Source: a virus (taxonomy: Duplodnaviria; Heunggongvirae; Uroviricota; Caudoviricetes). From it: a stretch of DNA of 11,370 nt. Where the stretch lies: positions 1-11,370 of IMG/VR virus record IMGVR_UViG_2585427766_000010. One strand, written 5' to 3'. Within the stretch, counting starts at the first letter, position 1, and each line of letters opens with the position of its first letter. Shown here piece by piece: positions 6,323-11,370 of this stretch. Under the pieces are notes generated by a model. That model did no database searches. It was not told where the DNA came from and saw only the letters and a program-made list of their open reading frames with translations. The position numbers and the translations under genes were made by a program.

Positions 6323-7206
6323 CACACACTCCTCGTCAGTATTCTGGCGGCCATTGCACTTAATCCCGGAGACATGCGGTTGAATGCTGTGCCGGCGGCG
6401 TTAAGCTGCCCGGAAACGGTATCCAGAGCATCTGCAATATTTCTTTTGTCCACACCACTCAGCGCAGACTGTGCCTGCTGTACATACGTGGCTGCTTCGC
6501 TGGCTGTTCTGGCCAGACTGATGGCATCGGGCATGGATTCAGAGAGTGCGTTAAACGCCGGAACACTTTTCCCCAGAGCCCCGGAGATATTACCCAGTCC
6601 GCTCATCAGCCCCGGCACACGGGTCAGTGCGACAACGGGGTTATCCTTCATTTTCTGTGTCACCCGAACGGCGCTGATAGTGGTCTGGAGTACAGACTGC
6701 GCCTGTTTCGCATAGTTGACGCCGTTGCGGATGAACTGCGCCACCCCTGAAGGTGAAGGTATGGCACCGGAGACCGCCCCGACACCCGGGAGCTTCGTGC
6801 GTATTGCCGGTGGTTGCAGAGGATTTTTCGGGTCACCGGTGTATTCCCGGAGAGACACGGTGGCACTGACAGCCAGCACGTTGCCGGTACTGTCAGTCTG
6901 CTCGCTGGTTGCAGTCACATCGGTAATCACGAACCAGCCGCGATAGTCACCGTTGCCGAAGACCAGCGCCAGTGCCTGATGGGCTTTCATGGCTGTTCGC
7001 AGTCTCGCCAGCTCCACATCGGGTACACAATAATGCTGATGGAAAACCAGAGTTATCTGGATTTCGTCCAGCCTGTCGCCGACGAACTGCAGGCCAGGCT
7101 TACCCCCGATGCGGGCATGCTCCGCATAATCGACGCCGAACGTGGCCTCGAAGCCGTCCCAGTAGGTAATCAGCTCAAACTCAATATCACCCAGTACGGC
7201 AAACAT
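6322..7206 (-). CDS. Tail protein with P2 gpU-like N-terminal domain and an Ala/Ser-rich C-terminal extension
   Basis: 294-aa ORF, ATG at 7206-7204, abutting the tape measure stop. The N-terminal ~130 aa (MFAVLGDIEFELITYWDG...GLQFVGDRLDEIQITLVFHQ) resemble gpU; the C-terminal ~160 aa are low-complexity. Confidence 0.65.
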   Translation of the reverse strand: MFAVLGDIEFELITYWDGFEATFGVDYAEHARIGGKPGLQFVGDRLDEIQITLVFHQHYCVPDVELARLRTAMKAHQALALVFGNGDYRGWFVITDVTATSEQTDSTGNVLAVSATVSLREYTGDPKNPLQPPAIRTKLPGVGAVSGAIPSPSGVAQFIRNGVNYAKQAQSVLQTTISAVRVTQKMKDNPVVALTRVPGLMSGLGNISGALGKSVPAFNALSESMPDAISLARTASEAATYVQQAQSALSGVDKRNIADALDTVSGQLNAAGTAFNRMSPGLSAMAARILTRSV

Positions 7207-9106
7207 CAGCGGTACTCCTTACGTTGTTTCTGAGCCAGCAGACGCTCCAGCATTTTTTCCAGCTCATGCAGACTCATATTCAGGGCACCAGTCAGTCCTG
7301 CAGGCGCTGTGGTTTCCCTGCCATTGAGGAAAAACTGAGGATTAAAGCTGACCTGGATACCACCAGACGTTCCACCGCCGGTTGCAGCTGCACCACGGCC
7401 TGAATATCCGGCAGCCAGGATTTCAGGCGAGGGGATACGGGGAACATCCGGTGTCATCTCATTTGCCAGACGTTGCCCTGGTAAAATCGATGCCCGGGTG
7501 GAGAGCGGAATAGCGGGCATGGAAGACAAACTATTGATTACGGCTCCGATCGCATTTTTAGCAGACGACATAAACCCATTGATATCGGGCAACGGCATAC
7601 TGAAGCGAACACCTGAAGTGTTATCCCGTATTTCTGGCCCCTGGATGCTCACGGGCATTCTGGGGAGCAGTTCACTGGCCATTCGCTGCCCGGCCAGAGC
7701 TGCAAGCGGAGTGGTCCGCTGCAGGCCAATGGCGGCCCCCTGCGCGATATTGTCACCAAAGCCCATAAACACGCGGCTCGGCGAATGAATGCCCAGCTTT
7801 TCGCTGAACCAGCCACTGATGCTGTCACCCATTCCGGTTACACTGGATTTGAGCGACTCCCATTTGTTTTTGATACCGTTAATCAGACCATCGACAAGAT
7901 GGCCACCGAAGTCGGTAAACTTTGCCGGCAGATCAACACCAAGATATTTCAGCGCAGCTGCAAAGGCTTTATAGAGCAGGCCTGCCGGCGACCAGTTAAT
8001 CAGTAACTTACCAATTCCCACAATGCCGCCGTTAAAGGCTTCCTGAATGTCTGCCCAGCGCTGTTTAAACCAGCCACTGACTGCCCCCCAGTTGCGGTAG
8101 ATAAGGTAAGCTGCTGCCGCGACAGCGGTGATAACGAGACCGATGGGATTCATCATCAGCGCACGTCCAATCCAGAGAACAGCACGTCCGGCGAGCATAA
8201 TTCCGCGAACCAGCCCCTCGGAGAGCACGCCACTCAGTGTTCTGGCTCCTCTGGCGACGGCGCTAAATCCGGTCACCAGCCAGCGGAGCTTACCGCCTTG
8301 CCCCAGTGCGAGCGACAGACGAAGCCAGTTGGCCCGAAGTAAAACAGCATTTTTCCAGACACTTACAAAGGGGGAAATAAGGAGATTCAGCCCCAGTTTG
8401 AGACCAACAGTCGCTATCTTAATCGCAAGGAGCGCACTGATGAGCTTAAAAGCCCCACTGACAAATTGCGGGTGAGTCGCTACCCAGTGTTTTGCCCCCT
8501 GAATGAGTGGAAGCAGTTCCTGAGTCAAAGAAATAAAAGATGGAGCTAATTGATCGCCCAGCGTAATTGCCAGATCGCGACTGCTGACCATAAGTGTTTT
8601 AGTGGCTTCAAGGGGAGATTTCAGCCGCTGATCATAAGCACTGGCAAGCAAATCGTTATCCGCAGCCCTGAGAGCACCGGCACGGATCTCTCGATATCTG
8701 TCCATGTTGGCCAGCATCGGGCGGATAAATGCCATGACCTGCATATCCGCGAACATATCGCCCAGACCAAAGTTTTTCGCCAGAGCCTGAAGTGCCTCAT
8801 CTCTTGCCGTATCATTCTTTATTTTCATGGCTGATTTGAAGCCGGCCAGCGCTTCGGGGCTTTTGGCATTGAGGTAACGTTCTATAACACTCAACATCCC
8901 TTCAATCGGAGAGATCCCCGCAGCTTTATAACTCGCAATAGATCCCTGCAAATCAATACCCAGATCAGCAAACTGTTTCTGAGTATCGCGGGCAAAAATT
9001 TTGGTAAGAAAGTTTTTAAAATTATTGGCTGCTTCGTCGGTGGAACCTGCACCGATTTTTGCTATCTGGAGACTGGCCCCGATTTCAGCAACAGCCTCTT
9101 TTCCAC
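7206..9106 (-). CDS. Tail tape measure protein, 5'-interrupted by the IS66-family insertion (probable pseudogene/fragment)
   Basis: Stop TGA at 7208-7206. The frame is open upstream well past the track start (TTG at 8951) to about 9106, where the sequence becomes the IS end (in-frame stop at 9155-9153 inside the IS). Contains the GIHSPSRVF-type motif and long hydrophobic helices typical of tape measure proteins. Confidence 0.75.
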
Positions 9107-9192
9107 TGTAAGCGTAAAGCCAATGCCGTCTGTAACACCTGCTCCTTGCAGACTAAATTAGAGCTCCTTCTAAATTAGACGGAGTTCTATTG

Positions 9193-9627
9193 ATGGATAA
9201 ACCTACAGACTGGCGCTCCGGAACCCGCCGGATATTTTCTAATGAATTTAAACTTCATATGGTTGAACTGGCTTCGAAACCAAATGCCAATGTTGCACAA
9301 CTGGCCCGGGAACATGGCGTTGATAACAACCTGATTTTTAAATGGCTACGCCTCTGGCAAAGAGAAGGACGTATTTCTCGTAGAATGCCTCCAACTATTG
9401 TAGGCCCTACAGTATCACAATCTTTTCCGGCCTCTCCGACTCTGGTTCCAGTGGAACTTATCGACACCCCGCGCTGTGCTACAGATGCTCCTGCTCCGGA
9501 GGCATTATCAGTTGCTTGTGCAGCTTCCTGCCATGTGGAATTCCATTACGGTAAAATGATGCTGGAAAATCCTTCACCAGAGCTGCTCACGGTGTTGATC
9601 CGTGAGCTGACCGGGAGGGGACGATGA
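9193..9627 (+). CDS. tnpA: IS66-family accessory protein TnpA (orf1)
   Basis: ATG at 9193 with GGAG 8 nt upstream (the track start at 9190 is TTG); about 144 aa. Stop overlaps the tnpB start (ATGA at 9624-9627). Confidence 0.8.
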   Translation: MDKPTDWRSGTRRIFSNEFKLHMVELASKPNANVAQLAREHGVDNNLIFKWLRLWQREGRISRRMPPTIVGPTVSQSFPASPTLVPVELIDTPRCATDAPAPEALSVACAASCHVEFHYGKMMLENPSPELLTVLIRELTGRGR

Positions 9628-9974
9628 TTTCACTCCCATCAGGTACCCGTATCTGGCTCGTTGCCGGCGTTACTGATATGCGTAAATCCTTCAACGGTCT
9701 GGGGGAGCAGATACAGCATGTGCTGGATGATAACCCCTTCTCCGGTCACCTGTTTATCTTCCGTGGCCGACGGGGAGACACGATTAAAATCCTGTGGGCT
9801 GATGCTGATGGTCTGTGCCTGTTCACCAAACGCCTTGAGGAAGGTCAGTTTATCTGGCCTGCGGTGCGTGACGGTAAGATATCCATTACCCGCTCGCAAC
9901 TGGCAATGCTCCTCGATAAGCTGGACTGGCGTCAGCCAAAAACATCCCGCCTTAACGCACTGACAATGTTGTAA
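9624..9974 (+). CDS. tnpB: IS66-family accessory protein TnpB (orf2)
   Basis: 116 aa; MISLPSGTRIWLVAGVTDMRKSFNGL...IKILWADADGLCLF... is the characteristic IS66 Orf2 sequence as I recall it. Confidence 0.85.
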   Translation: MISLPSGTRIWLVAGVTDMRKSFNGLGEQIQHVLDDNPFSGHLFIFRGRRGDTIKILWADADGLCLFTKRLEEGQFIWPAVRDGKISITRSQLAMLLDKLDWRQPKTSRLNALTML

Positions 9975-10004
9975 AAAACTCCTGACCGCATTATAAAAAC
10001 GGCC

Positions 10005-11370
10005 ATGAGTCAGAAATACCTCATTCGCATCGCTGAGCTGGAAAGGCTGCTCTCTGAGCAGGCTGAAGCCCTCCGTCAGAAAGACCAGCAACTGAGTCTG
10101 GTTGAAGAGACGGAGGCCTTCCTGCGCTCTGCACTGGCACGTGCCGAAGAAAAGATCGAAGAAGATGAACGGGAAATAGAGCATCTGCGGGCTCAGATAG
10201 AAAAACTGCGCCGGATGCTGTTCGGAACCCGTTCTGAAAAACTGCGTCGTGAGGTTGAACAGGCTGAAGCCCTGCTGAAACAACGCGAGCAGGAAAGCGA
10301 TCGTTACAGTGGGCGTGAGGATGACCCGCTGGTTCCCCGCCAGTTGCGACAGTCGCGCCATCGTCGTCCGTTACCGGCACATCTCCCCCGTGAAATATAC
10401 CGCCTGGAGCCTGAAGAAAGCTGTTGCCCGGAGTGTGGCGGTGAGCTGGATTATCTGGGGGAAGTCAGCGCAGAACAACTGGAACTGGTGAGCAGCGCCC
10501 TGAAAGTGATCCGCACAGAACGGGTAAAAAAAGCCTGTACAAAATGTGACTGCATCGTTGAAGCACCGGCACCATCCCGTCCGATAGAGCGTGGTATCGC
10601 GGGCCCGGGGTTACTTGCCCGCGTGTTAACGGGAAAATACTGCGAACACCTGCCACTGTATCGTCAGAGTGAAATCTTTGCCCGCCAGGGTGTCGAACTG
10701 AGCCGTGCCTTACTCTCCAACTGGGTTGATGCGTGCTGCCAGTTAATGACGCCGCTGAATGATGCCCTGTACAGTTATGTGATGAACACCCGCAAGGTTC
10801 ACACTGATGACACACCAGTAAAAGTACTGGCACCGGGCAGGAAGAAGGCGAAAACAGGATATATCTGGACGTATGTCCGGGATGACCGAAATGCCGGTTC
10901 GCCAGAACCTCCGGCGGTCTGGTTCGCCTACTCACCGGACCATCAGGGTAAACATCCGGAGCAACACCTTCGTCCCTTCCGGGGTATCCTGCAGGCAGAT
11001 GCGTTCGCAGGTTACGATCGGCTGTTCAGTGCCGAACGTGAAGGCGGCGCGTTGACGGAAGCAGGATGCTGGGCTCATGCGCGGCGCAAAATCCACGATG
11101 TATATATCAGTACCAAAAGCGCGACGGCGGAAGAAGCACTGAAACTAATCGGCGAACTGTACGCCATTGAGCACGAAATACGCGGGTTGCCGGTGTCTGA
11201 ACGCCTGGCGGTCAGGCAAATGCAGAGTAAACCGCTACTGACTTCCCTGTATAAGCTGATGCAGGAGAAAGAACACACGTTATCGAAAAAATGCCGTCTG
11301 AGAGATGCGTTCCGGTATATCAGGAAGCACTGGGTTGCGTTGTGCAACTTCTGTGATGACGGTCTGGCGG
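10005..11370 (+). CDS. tnpC: IS66-family transposase TnpC (orf3), 3'-partial (runs off the window)
   Basis: ATG at 10005, open to the end of the window (over 455 codons), so absent from the stop-delimited ORF track. Has an N-terminal coiled-coil/leucine-zipper-like region and a CPECGG...CTKCDC zinc-ribbon motif, as in IS66 transposases. Confidence 0.8.
   Translation, partial: MSQKYLIRIAELERLLSEQAEALRQKDQQLSLVEETEAFLRSALARAEEKIEEDEREIEHLRAQIEKLRRMLFGTRSEKLRREVEQAEALLKQREQESDRYSGREDDPLVPRQLRQSRHRRPLPAHLPREIYRLEPEESCCPECGGELDYLGEVSAEQLELVSSALKVIRTERVKKACTKCDCIVEAPAPSRPIERGIAGPGLLARVLTGKYCEHLPLYRQSEIFARQGVELSRALLSNWVDACCQLMTPLNDALYSYVMNTRKVHTDDTPVKVLAPGRKKAKTGYIWTYVRDDRNAGSPEPPAVWFAYSPDHQGKHPEQHLRPFRGILQADAFAGYDRLFSAEREGGALTEAGCWAHARRKIHDVYISTKSATAEEALKLIGELYAIEHEIRGLPVSERLAVRQMQSKPLLTSLYKLMQEKEHTLSKKCRLRDAFRYIRKHWVALCNFCDDGLA

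Larger units (their letters stand above)
9108..11370 (+). mobile_element. IS66-family insertion sequence, left end plus tnpA-tnpB-tnpC; right end beyond the window
   Basis: Starts with GTAAGCG (IS66-family ends begin 5'-GTAA, from memory), followed by three same-strand ORFs in the canonical IS66 order. The boundary is placed at 9108 +/- 2 bp from where the tape measure frame turns into IS sequence. Confidence 0.8.

Noticed and set aside
6110-6325. GTG at 6325 as the gpX-like start (track coordinates)
   Set aside because: An ATG one codon downstream (6322-6320) gives the usual stop/start overlap with the upstream gene; the difference is one residue and either is possible.
2320-8834. Many plus-strand ORFs of 60-184 aa overlapping the minus-strand tail genes (e.g. 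2561-3055, 3521-3994, 4378-4743, 5529-6083, 6215-6715, 6814-7233, 7498-7788, 8128-8475, 8550-8834)
   Set aside because: They are antisense shadow frames inside a continuous, translationally coupled operon, with low-complexity Arg/Ser/Pro-rich translations and no room for independent promoters or RBSs.
9255-11347. Antisense ORFs inside the IS (9255-9467, 9639-10361, 10021-10380, 10465-10935, 11075-11347) and plus-strand 9661-9963, 10309-10491, 10873-11055
   Set aside because: They overlap the well-supported tnpA/tnpB/tnpC frames. The true tnpC frame (10005 onward) is missing from the track only because it has no stop inside the window.
1-11370. Scan for tRNA or rRNA genes, CRISPR arrays and att-like sites
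   Set aside because: No spaced short direct-repeat arrays and no non-coding gaps large enough for an RNA gene; the longest gaps are 54 bp (4321-4374) and the IS leader.

Overview
The window holds two things. (1) On the minus strand, a tightly packed contractile-tail/baseplate operon of a Mu/P2-type prophage: tape measure (5'-interrupted) -> gpU-like -> gpX-like -> gpD-like hub -> gpV spike -> gpW -> gpJ -> gpI -> tail fiber. Most neighbouring genes overlap by 1-13 bp. (2) At the right edge, the left end of an IS66-family insertion sequence (tnpA-tnpB-tnpC on the plus strand, tnpC running off the window), which sits inside the tape measure reading frame. The most interesting part is the left 1.7 kb: the tail fiber gene is followed by a second, promoterless copy of its C-terminal receptor-binding cassette in the same orientation, and by a third cassette end plus the only tail fiber assembly gene on the opposite strand. 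The cassettes share about 220 bp of 5' homology whose upstream boundary coincides with 26-bp motifs resembling Hin/Gin/Cin/Min crossover sites. I read this as a multi-cassette tail-fiber host-range switching locus whose recombinase must lie outside the window. No rRNA, tRNA or CRISPR array was seen. All protein calls rest on reading the supplied translations against remembered family features; no database search was run.
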